Assembly (NCBI GenBank): GCA_963662545.2
Contig: CAXXLL010000003.1
Location: forward strand, 704,001-768,000
Direction: 5' to 3'
Length of the DNA stretch: 64,000 bases
Origin: Gammaproteobacteria bacterium
Lineage (GTDB): Bacteria; Pseudomonadota; Gammaproteobacteria; Ga0077536
Part shown: positions 20,278 to 30,170 of the stretch, piece by piece
Position numbering within the stretch: position 1 is the first letter of the stretch
Layout: the number at the start of each line of letters is the position of its first letter
Program-made: the position numbers and the translations under genes
Notes under the pieces: model-generated
The model's database searches: none
What the model saw: only the letters and a program-made list of their open reading frames with translations
What the model was told of the DNA's origin: nothing

Positions 20278-20754
20278 TCATGTTACCTGCGCCGCGCGCA
20301 GCCAAGCCTCCAGGCCTGCTGCGCCTGCGGGTGCCCACCAGCGGATCCGATCCCAGGTCAGACAAATCATGACGGGGCGTTCACGAAACATTGGAGTCGT
20401 TTGGTATTGTGGATATTTCAGACGCAGCGCCTCGACCGCCGCGTCCCATTCATCGTGACGGCCCTCGGCGATCGCCGCGTTTGCATTGATGCGGATCCAC
20501 CAGAGGCAATTCCACCGCTCGTCGTAATGATCGACCACCAGCGCGACCGTGGGGTTACGTTCGATATGCGCGAGGCGCGCCGGGCGTCCGTGCTTCTTCG
20601 GCTTGCCGTCAATGGGTGAAAAGAGGATGCGTCCGACGCGCGCGAACACGATCGGCATGACTTCGGGACGGCCTTCGCTGTCGATCACCGCGAGACGCGC
20701 CACGGGCATACAGTCGAATACGCGATGGAGCAGGTCGTCCGCAAGTGGTTCCAA
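20278..20754 (-). CDS. PPOX class (probable F420-dependent) oxidoreductase, Rv0121-like
   Basis: VARLA, DGKPK, RLAHIERNPTVALVVDHYDERW, LRLKYPQY. Confidence 0.82.
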   Translation of the reverse strand: MEPLADDLLHRVFDCMPVARLAVIDSEGRPEVMPIVFARVGRILFSPIDGKPKKHGRPARLAHIERNPTVALVVDHYDERWNCLWWIRINANAAIAEGRHDEWDAAVEALRLKYPQYQTTPMFRERPVMICLTWDRIRWWAPAGAAGLEAWLRAAQVT

Positions 20755-20798
20755 GGTGCTTTTCCTTTGAACGAATCGGTAGTCGTACGTAGCTTGTC

Positions 20799-21797
20799 TC
20801 AGCCCGCTTCGAACCCGTCCGAAAAGGTGCCGCTCGCCCGTTTACGCCTACGCGGCCCGGCATCGTCCGGGAGTGCCAGCGTGACCTTGCGCAAGACCTC
20901 GAGGTAGCCACGCTCCGTTTCGATCCGTTCGCCATCCCCGTTTTCGAACAGGAACCGCCGCAGCAAGGGCAGCCGGTGGCACGGAACCCACATGATGAGA
21001 TGGTGCTCGAGGTGGTAGTTGACCCAATAGGGTGCGATGAAAGCGCGCTCCAACGGGTTGGCCATTGTCGTACGCGCGTTACCGAAGGGATCGTCGGCCT
21101 CCCTGACCACCGCGTGTTCGGCGATATTGCGCACGCGCAGCACCAGTTGTTGCCAGGTTAGAAGCGGTACCAGCCAGAGCGCGAAATAAACCCAGGCGCG
21201 TCCGCTGGCGGCCGCGAGAGCTAGTAGGACCAGGTTGCTCGCGGTTTGCGGCCCGAGGGTGCGCCAGTAATGTCCGAGCCTCAGTCGAATCATCGAATCC
21301 CGTTCACCGAGGGCGTAGGCGATCTGCGCTTTACGCTGTGCATACCCGGTCTGCCCGGTGATGTCGCGCCACAGCTTGCGGCGCAGGCTCGCACGAGTGA
21401 CGGGGTAATGGCCGGTCAATACGATATCCGGGTCATTGGCTTGCAGGGTATGGGCATGATGTTTGAGGTGATAGCGGCGATAAATGCCGGTGTCGGCGAG
21501 CGTCGGCCAGGCGCACAGGCATTGAGCGATCCAACGGTTCAGCACGGGCGTGCGGAACAGCGCGTTATGCGCCGCGTCGTGCATCAGGATGAGCAATCCC
21601 AATTGTCGGCTGCCGATGATCAGAACGGCCAGAACATAGGTCAGAACGTTAGGATAGATGATAAATAACGCCGACGCGCCGGCGATCACGCTCCAGGCGT
21701 GCGTGACGAGATAGCATCCCCAGAGATCCGAGCGTGCATGTACCCGACGGAGCTGATCCTCCGTGAGCAGAGTCGTCGCAGCCGGCACTTTACGCAT
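20799..21797 (-). CDS. Fatty acid desaturase family protein
   Basis: His boxes HDAAH, HLKHH, HLEHH plus TM segments. Confidence 0.9.
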   Translation of the reverse strand: MRKVPAATTLLTEDQLRRVHARSDLWGCYLVTHAWSVIAGASALFIIYPNVLTYVLAVLIIGSRQLGLLILMHDAAHNALFRTPVLNRWIAQCLCAWPTLADTGIYRRYHLKHHAHTLQANDPDIVLTGHYPVTRASLRRKLWRDITGQTGYAQRKAQIAYALGERDSMIRLRLGHYWRTLGPQTASNLVLLALAAASGRAWVYFALWLVPLLTWQQLVLRVRNIAEHAVVREADDPFGNARTTMANPLERAFIAPYWVNYHLEHHLIMWVPCHRLPLLRRFLFENGDGERIETERGYLEVLRKVTLALPDDAGPRRRKRASGTFSDGFEAG

Positions 21798-22024
21798 CGC
21801 TTGAATACCGCATTCGGTTTTCGACAGTTTAGACAGACCGAGCCCCGGCGGCCAACCGTCAGATGGCGCCGCGGCGCAAGGAACAAACCGGTCACCGGCG
21901 AAGGAACAGAATCTCGTTCGCCTGACAAAGGAATATTATCAGCCGGTAGGAAATATGCACGGCTGCTGATAGATTTTCACGAAATTCAGTAGGATTTTTA
22001 GGTCAATTTATTTATGAGCAGAAA

Positions 22025-22044
22025 ACTACCTTACAATTGGTAGT
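22025..22044. promoter_or_regulatory. Possible TetR autoregulatory operator
   Basis: actacc-N8-ggtagt inverted repeat directly before the TetR ATG. Confidence 0.35.
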
Positions 22045-22045
22045 C

Positions 22046-22609
22046 ATGATCGACACGAAACAGAGGATCCTCGACAGTGCCATGCGCCTCGTGCAGTCAC
22101 GCTCCTACGCAGGCTTTAGCTTCCAGGATATCGCCGCGGAGGTCGGCATCCGCAAGGCCAGCATTTATTCCCATTTTCGTTCGAAAGAGGAACTGGCGAA
22201 GCGGGTACTCGATGAAGCGCAGCACCTTTTTGAGAACGAAATTTCGCCGTTGACCGAAGAACACCTCGAGGGTCAACTCGACACGTACTTGGGATTGTTC
22301 AGGCGCGTCTTCTCGGGCGGCGAGCGCATGTGTCCCGGCGGTTCCTTCGCCGCGGTCTGGTCCTCCGTATCGCCCGGCCTGCAGGCGGCCGTACAGGACT
22401 TCATCGATTTTCACCTCAGCCTCATCGAAGGGATTCTCAAACGCGGCCGTGACAAAGGCAGCTTCAAGACGTGTGACCAGACGCCTAGGCAGCAGGCACT
22501 ACTGATCCTGTCGAATATTCAGGGAGCCATACTGGTGGCGAGGATCACTGGGAAAAGCCGGGCACTCGACGCTACGATCGATCGGATCAAATCGGACATA
22601 CTGGCGTGA
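22046..22609 (+). CDS. TetR/AcrR family regulator
   Basis: ILDSA..GFSFQDIAAEVGIRKASIYSHFRSKEEL HTH. Confidence 0.92.
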   Translation: MIDTKQRILDSAMRLVQSRSYAGFSFQDIAAEVGIRKASIYSHFRSKEELAKRVLDEAQHLFENEISPLTEEHLEGQLDTYLGLFRRVFSGGERMCPGGSFAAVWSSVSPGLQAAVQDFIDFHLSLIEGILKRGRDKGSFKTCDQTPRQQALLILSNIQGAILVARITGKSRALDATIDRIKSDILA

Positions 22610-22735
22610 CAAGTGCCCTCGCCGAACGTAATACCGTAGCCTCCACTCCGTTCAGCTGTTCGGTTGATCCGGACATCGGAAGAAGGCGACAATAGAGCGT
22701 ATAACAAATCCACAAACCGTCCTCCCTAAACGCCA

Positions 22736-24115
22736 ATGCTCGAACAATTCCGTAATCTGGGCGCGGGTCTTTCGTCCATCACAGAACGCTGGGTGCCCGA
22801 TGCATGGGTGTTCTGCATGATGCTGACGACCATTGCCATCGTGCTTTGTATTTTCGGTGCGGGCGCGACGGTCGAGGAAACCGTACTGGCCTGGGGTCAG
22901 GGCGTATGGAAGCTGTTGGGCCTCGCCATGCAGTTCACCATCGCAATGGTGGCAGCCTATGCATGCGTTTCATCGCGCCCGACCCATCGTTTTTTCATCT
23001 GGTTGGCGTCGCTGCCGAATCCGTCCAGGCCTGTGCAGGCCATTTTTCTCATCGGCCTCGTCTCCCTGATTACCGGCTATTTGAACTGGGCTCTGTGCCT
23101 CATCTCCTGCGCGCTATTGACGCCATTTATTCTCAAGCAGAATCCGAACGTCGATATTCGCCTGCTGATCTGCGCCGCCTACATCGGCACAGGCACGGTC
23201 TGGCACGGTGGTCTGTCGGGATCGGCGCCGCTGATCCTCGCAACGCCGGGCAATCCGCTGCTCGATTCTTCGAGCGGTGCAGCGGTCGTCGATCGCCTGT
23301 ACCCGGTAACGGAAACCCTTTACAACACGTTCAATATCGGCTTCATCGTCATCCTGGGATCAATTGCGCTCGCCACGGTGTGCCTGCTGCACCCGAAAAC
23401 CGGCGCGCGTACGATTACCCCGGAGCAGGCCGAAGCCCTCATGCCGAAGCCGCCCGAACTCGACGATGAACCTAGCACCCCCGCGCAGCACATGGACCAG
23501 TTCCGCGGCTGGATCATCCTGGCGATCATCCTGCTCGCCTACCCGCTAGGTCATTCGATCGTCACCACTGGTTTCGGCAACAGCTGGACCATCAACGCCT
23601 ACAACATAAGCTTTCTGGTCCTGGCGCTGGCCTTGCACGGCCGCGCGCCCTCGTTTCTGCGGGCCTGCCGCAACGGCGTCGATACCGCCTGGGGCATCAT
23701 CGTGCAGTTTCCTTTCTACGCCGGGATTTTCGGATTGTTGCAGTACACAGGGCTCGGCCGTTGGCTGGGCGATCTGTTCGCCAATCTTGCGACGACCGCG
23801 AGCTACCCTTGGGTGGTGTACGTGTACTCAGGCTTCATGAACATGTTCGTACCGTCGGCAGGTTCGAAGTGGCTGATCGAAGCACCCTTTCTCATCCCGG
23901 CCGGCGAACAGCTCGACGTCTCCGTCGTCACCGTGCTGCTCGCCTACGCTTATGGCGACTCGACCACAAACCTGATTCAGCCTTTTTTCGCGATTCCGAT
24001 CCTGGCCGTAACGCGTATGCGTTTCGGCGACGTGGTCGGATACACCTCCATGGTCGCAGCTGTCTGCTTCATCGTATGTTCCACCGCCATGATGATCATC
24101 CCGGCGCAACTATGA
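22736..24115 (+). CDS. Short-chain fatty acid transporter (AtoE family)
   Basis: ERWVPDA, WHGGLSGSAPL, QFPFYAGIFG, FVPSAGSKW, NLIQPFFAIP. Confidence 0.88.
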   Translation: MLEQFRNLGAGLSSITERWVPDAWVFCMMLTTIAIVLCIFGAGATVEETVLAWGQGVWKLLGLAMQFTIAMVAAYACVSSRPTHRFFIWLASLPNPSRPVQAIFLIGLVSLITGYLNWALCLISCALLTPFILKQNPNVDIRLLICAAYIGTGTVWHGGLSGSAPLILATPGNPLLDSSSGAAVVDRLYPVTETLYNTFNIGFIVILGSIALATVCLLHPKTGARTITPEQAEALMPKPPELDDEPSTPAQHMDQFRGWIILAIILLAYPLGHSIVTTGFGNSWTINAYNISFLVLALALHGRAPSFLRACRNGVDTAWGIIVQFPFYAGIFGLLQYTGLGRWLGDLFANLATTASYPWVVYVYSGFMNMFVPSAGSKWLIEAPFLIPAGEQLDVSVVTVLLAYAYGDSTTNLIQPFFAIPILAVTRMRFGDVVGYTSMVAAVCFIVCSTAMMIIPAQL

Positions 24116-24191
24116 CCCGGTTTTCCGCGCTTCACATCGAAGGCCGAAATCACGACAATAACGGCGCCTAATCCAACCTGGAATCGGATCC

Positions 24192-24965
24192 ATGCTCGTC
24201 GTCATCTCGCCCGCCAAGAAGCTCGATTACGAATCGCCGACGCGCATTAGAAAGCACTCGAAGCCCGATTTCCTTGCCGAATCGGCGAAGCTCGTAGGAA
24301 GCCTGCGAAAATTCAGCGCAAGCGACCTGAAAAACCTGATGGGTATCAACGATAAGCTCGCGGAGATCAACCGCGCGCGCTATAAATCGTGGTCTCGCGA
24401 CTACCCGCCGGAACATTCGCGTCAGGCGATCCTGGCCTTCATGGGCGACGTATACCGCGGCCTCGATGCACGGTCACTGGATAGCCGCGTCCTGAATTAT
24501 GCACAATCTCACCTGCGTATCCTTTCCGGCCTGTACGGTATATTGCGCCCGCTCGATCTGATACAGCCCTACCGGCTGGAGATGGGCACGGCGCTCGCCA
24601 ACTCGCGAGGTCCCGACTTATACCGTTTTTGGGGAAATCGACTCGCGGGGTCGCTCAACGAACAGGCACACTCGATCCGTACCCGCTACCTCGTAAATCT
24701 TGCTTCCCACGAATATTTCAACGCCGTCGACGGCGATGCTTTAGACCTCGAAGTCATCACGCCGGTGTTTAAAGAACGGTTGCGTGGTCAGTACAGGGTT
24801 TTGAGCTTCATCGCGAAAAAGTCCCGCGGAGTGATGGCACGATTCATCATTCAAAACCGGATCAAAAATCCGGAAGACCTGCACGCGTTCGACGTCGGGG
24901 GCTACGCATTCAACGCGGGGATGTCGTCCGGCGGTAAATTCGTATTCACGCGGGATATGCCGTAA
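24192..24965 (+). CDS. yaaA: Peroxide stress protein YaaA
   Basis: ISPAKKLD, GDVYRGL, ILSGLYGILRP, YRLEMG, NLASHEY, AKKSRG. Confidence 0.94.
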   Translation: MLVVISPAKKLDYESPTRIRKHSKPDFLAESAKLVGSLRKFSASDLKNLMGINDKLAEINRARYKSWSRDYPPEHSRQAILAFMGDVYRGLDARSLDSRVLNYAQSHLRILSGLYGILRPLDLIQPYRLEMGTALANSRGPDLYRFWGNRLAGSLNEQAHSIRTRYLVNLASHEYFNAVDGDALDLEVITPVFKERLRGQYRVLSFIAKKSRGVMARFIIQNRIKNPEDLHAFDVGGYAFNAGMSSGGKFVFTRDMP

Positions 24966-24994
24966 ATCGCTCACCCCTCCGGTTGGATATTTAA

Positions 24995-25582
24995 ATGCGC
25001 AACCTCATAAGCCTTACCTTCCTGTTCGCGATGTGCGGCGCGCATGCCGCGAATGAGGGGCTGAAAGACACCACGACCGCCGTCATCCTGGAAACCAGCA
25101 AGGGCGAGATTACGCTCGAGCTCTACGTCGCCGAGGCGCCGGTCACAACCGCCAATTTCCTCGAATACGTCAAAGCAGGGTTTTACGATGGCACGATATT
25201 TCACCGGGTCATTCCGAATTTCGTCGTTCAAGGCGGCGGGCTTATGCCAGATATGCAGCGAAAAGAGACGCGGGGTCCGATCGTGAACGAAGCCGATAAT
25301 GGTCTGCTCAACACGCGCGGCATGGTGGCCATGGCACGCACACAGGACCCGCACAGCGCGAGTTCACAGTTTTTCGTAAACCTTGCGAACAACGAATTCC
25401 TGAATCATCAATCGAAAACGATGCGCGGTTGGGGTTACACGATATTTGCCCGTGTTGTCGAAGGTATGGACGTCGTCGATCAGATAGCCGCAAGCGCGAC
25501 TGGATTCGACCGTGGCATGGGTGATGTTCCCGTGGAACCGATAGTGATCGAATCGGCGCGAGTAGCAAGGCCCGTCGAATAG
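24995..25582 (+). CDS. Cyclophilin-type peptidyl-prolyl isomerase with signal peptide (PpiA-like)
   Basis: FYDGTIFHRVIPNFVVQGGG, AMART, SASSQFFVN. Confidence 0.93.
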   Translation: MRNLISLTFLFAMCGAHAANEGLKDTTTAVILETSKGEITLELYVAEAPVTTANFLEYVKAGFYDGTIFHRVIPNFVVQGGGLMPDMQRKETRGPIVNEADNGLLNTRGMVAMARTQDPHSASSQFFVNLANNEFLNHQSKTMRGWGYTIFARVVEGMDVVDQIAASATGFDRGMGDVPVEPIVIESARVARPVE

Positions 25583-25659
25583 TTATCGAAAACGCTGTTC
25601 GGTACGCTCCAAGGGAAAATACGCACTTACGCGGCGGCGCTCTTTGATGAGATGAATCG

Positions 25660-27573
25660 ATGTTCCTGATCAGCTTTGATGCGGTCGCGCTGGAATTTGG
25701 CGACCAGGTGATTTTCCGCCAGGCGAATTTCACCTTGGAAGCGGGCGAGCGCGTCTGCCTGATCGGACGCAACGGCGCGGGCAAAACCACGATGTTGCGG
25801 CTCGTCACGGGTGAAATCGAACCCGACAGCGGCGAGGTGAGGCGCCGCGGGAACATTCACATCACCCAGTTGCAACAGACACTCCCGCACGATCACGCGC
25901 GCTCGGTTCGTGAACATGTTGCGGCGGGCCTGGAACGTCACCGTAATCTGATCGATCGATTCGAGGAGAGGACGGCGAGTGATCTGGACGACGCCGGATT
26001 ACGCGAAGTCGAAGAACTACAGCGGCGCATAGAGGCACACGGCGGTTGGGATATCGACACGCAGATTGATACGATCATCACAAATCTGAACCTGCCGGCG
26101 GAAAGCCTGCTCGGCGAACTGTCAGGCGGTTGGCGGCGCCGCGTGGGCCTTGCTCGGGCCCTGGTAAGCAATCCTGACGTGTTGTTGCTGGATGAACCGA
26201 CCAATCACCTCGATCTCAACGCGATCCAATGGCTCGAGAATCGGGTACGGAGCTTCAAGGGCGCGGTGCTGTTCATCACCCACGACCGCACTTTTCTGCA
26301 GGGTCTCGCCACGCGCATCGTAGACATTGACCGCGGTCAATTGCAAAGTTGGCCTGGGGATTATCAGACCTACCTCAGACGCAAGGAGAAAATGCTTGAT
26401 CAAGAGGGCCGGCAGAACGCTCAGTTCGACAAAAAGCTTGCCGAGGAAGAAGTCTGGATCCGCCAGGGCATCAAGGCGCGGCGCACCCGCAACGAGGGAC
26501 GCGTTCGCGCGCTTACGCAGATGCGCGAGGCACAGGCCGCCCGCCTCAAACCAGAAGGCAAGGCCCGCATTCCCGTGCAGGACGCCGAACAGTCCAGCCG
26601 TCGGGTAATTCAGGCCAAAAATGTCTCATACACTTATGGTTTAGCACCTTTGATCGCAGGCTTTTCGATCAAGATCATGCGCGGCGACCGCATCGGCCTG
26701 ATCGGCAATAACGGTGTCGGCAAAAGCACCCTGCTGCGCCTGCTACTCGGGGAGTTGGCGCCTCAGATCGGTACGATCAAGATGGGTGAAAATCTCGAGA
26801 TCGGTTATTTTGATCAACTTCGTCGCGAACTCGATCCGAAAAAGACCGTCGCCGAGATCGTCGGAGACGGGCGCGAATACATTACGATTAATGGTAAAGA
26901 GCGCCACGTCGTCGGCTACTTACGCGGCTTTTTGTTCACCGCTAAACGCGCCATGACGCCCGTCGGGTTCCTTTCTGGCGGCGAGTGCAACCGTGTCATT
27001 CTGGCAAGCCTGTTTACAAGACCGACGAACCTGCTCATCCTCGATGAGCCGACCAACGACCTCGACGTGGAAACGCTCGAGGTTCTGGAAGCCCAGCTCT
27101 CGGAGTATCAAGGCACGATCATTATCGTCAGTCACGACCGCACGTTTCTGGACAATATCGTCACGAGTACACTGGTATTCGAATCCGCCGGCAACTTGAT
27201 CCGATATGCCGGAGGATATTCGGATTGGCTGCGGCAAGGCCGGCTGCTCGCGGCCATCGATGCCCCCGCCGCTGTCTCAAAAAGGTCCCAAAGTAAGCTA
27301 CCCCGCCCGTCCGGCGGGCCCGGTCCCCGAGCGACGAAACTCAGTTACAAACTGCGGCTCGAGCTCGACGGCCTGCCGGATCGGATCGAATCGATCGAAC
27401 GTGAAATAGGTAGTCTAGAAGCTGAGGCCGCTGCGCCCGAATTCTATGCGCAGAAATACGACACCGTTTCCCCGGTGCTCCAAGCGATCGCGCAACGGCG
27501 GCTCCAACTCGAGAAAGCATTGGCGCGCTGGGGTGAGCTCGAGGACTTGCAGGTAAAACTGCTGCAAGGTTAG
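25660..27573 (+). CDS. uup: ABC-F ATPase Uup
   Basis: Two ABC domains, EEVWIRQGIKARRTRNEGRVRAL linker, C-terminal KLSYK coiled coil. Confidence 0.93.
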   Translation: MFLISFDAVALEFGDQVIFRQANFTLEAGERVCLIGRNGAGKTTMLRLVTGEIEPDSGEVRRRGNIHITQLQQTLPHDHARSVREHVAAGLERHRNLIDRFEERTASDLDDAGLREVEELQRRIEAHGGWDIDTQIDTIITNLNLPAESLLGELSGGWRRRVGLARALVSNPDVLLLDEPTNHLDLNAIQWLENRVRSFKGAVLFITHDRTFLQGLATRIVDIDRGQLQSWPGDYQTYLRRKEKMLDQEGRQNAQFDKKLAEEEVWIRQGIKARRTRNEGRVRALTQMREAQAARLKPEGKARIPVQDAEQSSRRVIQAKNVSYTYGLAPLIAGFSIKIMRGDRIGLIGNNGVGKSTLLRLLLGELAPQIGTIKMGENLEIGYFDQLRRELDPKKTVAEIVGDGREYITINGKERHVVGYLRGFLFTAKRAMTPVGFLSGGECNRVILASLFTRPTNLLILDEPTNDLDVETLEVLEAQLSEYQGTIIIVSHDRTFLDNIVTSTLVFESAGNLIRYAGGYSDWLRQGRLLAAIDAPAAVSKRSQSKLPRPSGGPGPRATKLSYKLRLELDGLPDRIESIEREIGSLEAEAAAPEFYAQKYDTVSPVLQAIAQRRLQLEKALARWGELEDLQVKLLQG

Positions 27574-27643
27574 CCCGCAAAATGCGCGAAGACGGGAACC
27601 AGAGCTCGGCCGCAAAGCAGAGCCCCGTCCCGCAAGCGATTAG

Positions 27644-27677
27644 CAGGCTGTTGAAAAACTCGTTTTTCGACAGCCTG
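27644..27677. repeat. 34-bp inverted repeat with TTAG flanking duplication (minimal IS-end remnant, possible bidirectional terminator)
   Basis: caggctgttgaaaaac-tc-gtttttcgacagcctg (1 mismatch in 16), TTAG at 27640-27643 and 27678-27681, between convergent genes. Confidence 0.7.
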
Positions 27678-29066
27678 TTAGGTGCCGAGCCTGCGTAGTG
27701 ATGCCCTGGTCAGAAACTCGTCGTAGACCTCGAGGCCGCGGTTGACGAACATTTCCCATCCGCCCGCGATCTTCTTGACCTGGTTCAGCCGCGACATCCG
27801 GTTGGACTGGATATTGTGCGCGTGTACGTGACACCAGGACCAGTAAGGATTGGCGCCGTCCATGACCTGCTTTCCACCGCTGTCGTAGAGGGAAAAGGCG
27901 CCATCGAACGACTTAAAGACCTCGCCGTTTCGATCGTAGGTCACCATGTTCATCGGCAAACCGGTTCGCGCATCGAACCAGACCCGCTTTTTGCTGATCG
28001 GGGCACGCGGGTAAGAAGTGGGTTCCGCTTCAACGACGATGGCCTCGGGGATCAACTCGACGTTCGTATCCCAGAACGTGGTGCCGAGCGGACCGCCGTG
28101 AGTCGTGCCTTCCCAATTCTCGTCATCCGAGAACCAGTTCTCCGTCAGTCCTGACAGATAGGGTCCGCGCGCGACGATCTTGAAGTTGCCCCAAGTGAGG
28201 AAGGGATCGCCCGCGGCCCAAGCATCTGAAAAATAGAGGCTGGACCCCGGCAGCAGCGGTTCGAACCGCTGGCTTGCCGGAAAAGTTCTCACCCGCTTGA
28301 ATTGCGGGAGGTAGCCCAACAGCTCGGGAAATCTACGCTGATCGTAATACCAGGTGTTGAGGAACGCGGTGCCCTTGTAGTCCTGAGGAATGGTGAACAA
28401 TATGGATTGATAGCGCAGCTTATCCTCGTGCCCGGCCCAGTAGGGCATGGGCTCGACCGAAATACGGCCAGTCGGCGCAAATTCACACCAAACGAGTTCG
28501 TAGCGGTAGGCAACCTTGCCCTCGGTATCCATTTCGTAGGTCTTGATCGGGTAGAACGATACGTCGTGACGCCCCCAGGTCAGGGTAATACCGGCGAAGA
28601 TCTCAAGCCCATTGGTGGGTTCCGGAAACGGATTACCGCCGACCCAGGGCTTGCCGTCGCCGACGACCACGTTCCCGGTGGCATCGAATTTCGCCATGCC
28701 CTTGTGCCGGAGCGTGGCTTCCGTGTACTCGATCGGACTCAGCTTGGTCATGTCGGTCGTCGACTTGACCAAGCCGAGCTTGCGGCCCATCTGCTTGATC
28801 TGGGTGTATTTGATGGGGTCTAAGAGATCCTGAACCAGATCGACGTTATCGGCGTCGATCACATCGCCCGGTTTGAGCTTGCCTTTGGTGAACTCCTCGA
28901 TCGAAAGGAGATCGTCGGTATAAGCGGCGGCGAAATCGCCGTTCTCCGCCAGGGCCGACCATACAGGCATCAACACCCCCGCCCCCAAAAAGCCCGCCGC
29001 CGTTTGTTCGATAAAGTGTCGTCGACTGTAATCTACCGTATATTTTTTGATGCGCATCGCTGGCAT
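27678..29066 (-). CDS. DUF1329-like periplasmic protein with twin-arginine signal
   Basis: SRRHFI Tat motif; GNPFPEP, YLPQFKRVR, YDRNGEVFK, EFLTRASLRRLG; context with DUF1302, RND and YCF48-like genes. Confidence 0.78.
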   Translation of the reverse strand: MPAMRIKKYTVDYSRRHFIEQTAAGFLGAGVLMPVWSALAENGDFAAAYTDDLLSIEEFTKGKLKPGDVIDADNVDLVQDLLDPIKYTQIKQMGRKLGLVKSTTDMTKLSPIEYTEATLRHKGMAKFDATGNVVVGDGKPWVGGNPFPEPTNGLEIFAGITLTWGRHDVSFYPIKTYEMDTEGKVAYRYELVWCEFAPTGRISVEPMPYWAGHEDKLRYQSILFTIPQDYKGTAFLNTWYYDQRRFPELLGYLPQFKRVRTFPASQRFEPLLPGSSLYFSDAWAAGDPFLTWGNFKIVARGPYLSGLTENWFSDDENWEGTTHGGPLGTTFWDTNVELIPEAIVVEAEPTSYPRAPISKKRVWFDARTGLPMNMVTYDRNGEVFKSFDGAFSLYDSGGKQVMDGANPYWSWCHVHAHNIQSNRMSRLNQVKKIAGGWEMFVNRGLEVYDEFLTRASLRRLGT

Positions 29067-29100
29067 CTCCCTTCAATTTCTGGTCTTGGCCGCCGGCCTG

Positions 29101-30084
29101 TTAGACACAAAGTAATTCAAACAATTCATCAATACGGTCCGAATCCAAATCGCGGCCGATGAAAACCATGCGACTCGACCGCTCACCGTCGGGCCAATCC
29201 TCCAGCCATTCTAGCGGGTAGAATTTGTTCTGCACGGCGTGGATCAGCGCGGGCCGCCCTTTCTTTTCACGAAAACCGGCCAAGCCCTTGATCCGGAGCA
29301 CATTATCTGCCATTTCGTTCACCACCCGGTTGAGAAACACCCCGGTACCGGCAAGGCTTAGGGGCTCGTCGCGACAGATGAGGTGCGACATGTAATGCGC
29401 GGCGTGATCGTGATGAGCATGTACTGCCGCCAGCCAGCGGCTGATGTTGTCGGCGCGATCGTCGGGCTGGAAAAGGGAACGATCGAACAGGCGCCCCGGA
29501 TCGATGCACCCATGCGCGGCTTCGATGATCTCCGCACTTGAATTGAGTGCTCTCAAATCTGTGAAAAGTTCGGCGAGGGCCGCGCGCTCGACCGCATCGA
29601 CCTTGCTCACCAGAAGTATGTCCGCCATCGCCACTTGATCAGCAGCAGTCGCGTGCTCGGCGAGCGTTCGTCTCCCGTGTTCGCCGTCGACCATGCAGAC
29701 GACAGCATCCAGATAATAGGCCTGTTGCAGCGGTGGGTTCGCCATCAAAGTATGGATCAAAGGGATCGGATCGGCGACACCGCTCGTCTCCACGACGACC
29801 CGCTCGAAAGCTGGAATGTCTTCGAGATACCGCTTCTGGTGAAGATCGCGCAGGGTCAGTGCAAGATCACCGCGAATCGTACAGCACAGACAGCCGCCGC
29901 GGAGTTCGACGATGTTCTCGGCGAGGTCCGCGACGACCAGATGGTCAATACTGACTTCACCGAACTCGTTGATTACGACGGCGGTATTGGCGAAATTGCG
30001 TTGGCTCAGAGCATTAGACAGCAGCGTGGTCTTACCGCTACCGAGAAATCCCGTGAGCAAAATGACAGGAGTGCGTGCGATCAC
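29101..30084 (-). CDS. CobW/COG0523 G3E GTPase metallochaperone
   Basis: TGFLGSGKTT, NEFGE, GCLCC, ETSG, SKVD, His-rich HAHHDHAAH, MVFIGR. Confidence 0.93.
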   Translation of the reverse strand: MIARTPVILLTGFLGSGKTTLLSNALSQRNFANTAVVINEFGEVSIDHLVVADLAENIVELRGGCLCCTIRGDLALTLRDLHQKRYLEDIPAFERVVVETSGVADPIPLIHTLMANPPLQQAYYLDAVVCMVDGEHGRRTLAEHATAADQVAMADILLVSKVDAVERAALAELFTDLRALNSSAEIIEAAHGCIDPGRLFDRSLFQPDDRADNISRWLAAVHAHHDHAAHYMSHLICRDEPLSLAGTGVFLNRVVNEMADNVLRIKGLAGFREKKGRPALIHAVQNKFYPLEWLEDWPDGERSSRMVFIGRDLDSDRIDELFELLCV

Positions 30085-30170
30085 GATCGGGAAGCGGTCA
30101 CCGGGAAAGGCAAGGGGTCAAGTCTTCACACATCACATTCGGGAACGTGATATGTGAAGACTTGACCCCT

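Noticed and set aside
29101-30084. Calling CobW the nitrile hydratase activator
   Set aside because: COG0523 activators serve Fe-type NHases; this NHase is Co-type with its own accessory gene and lies 11 kb away.
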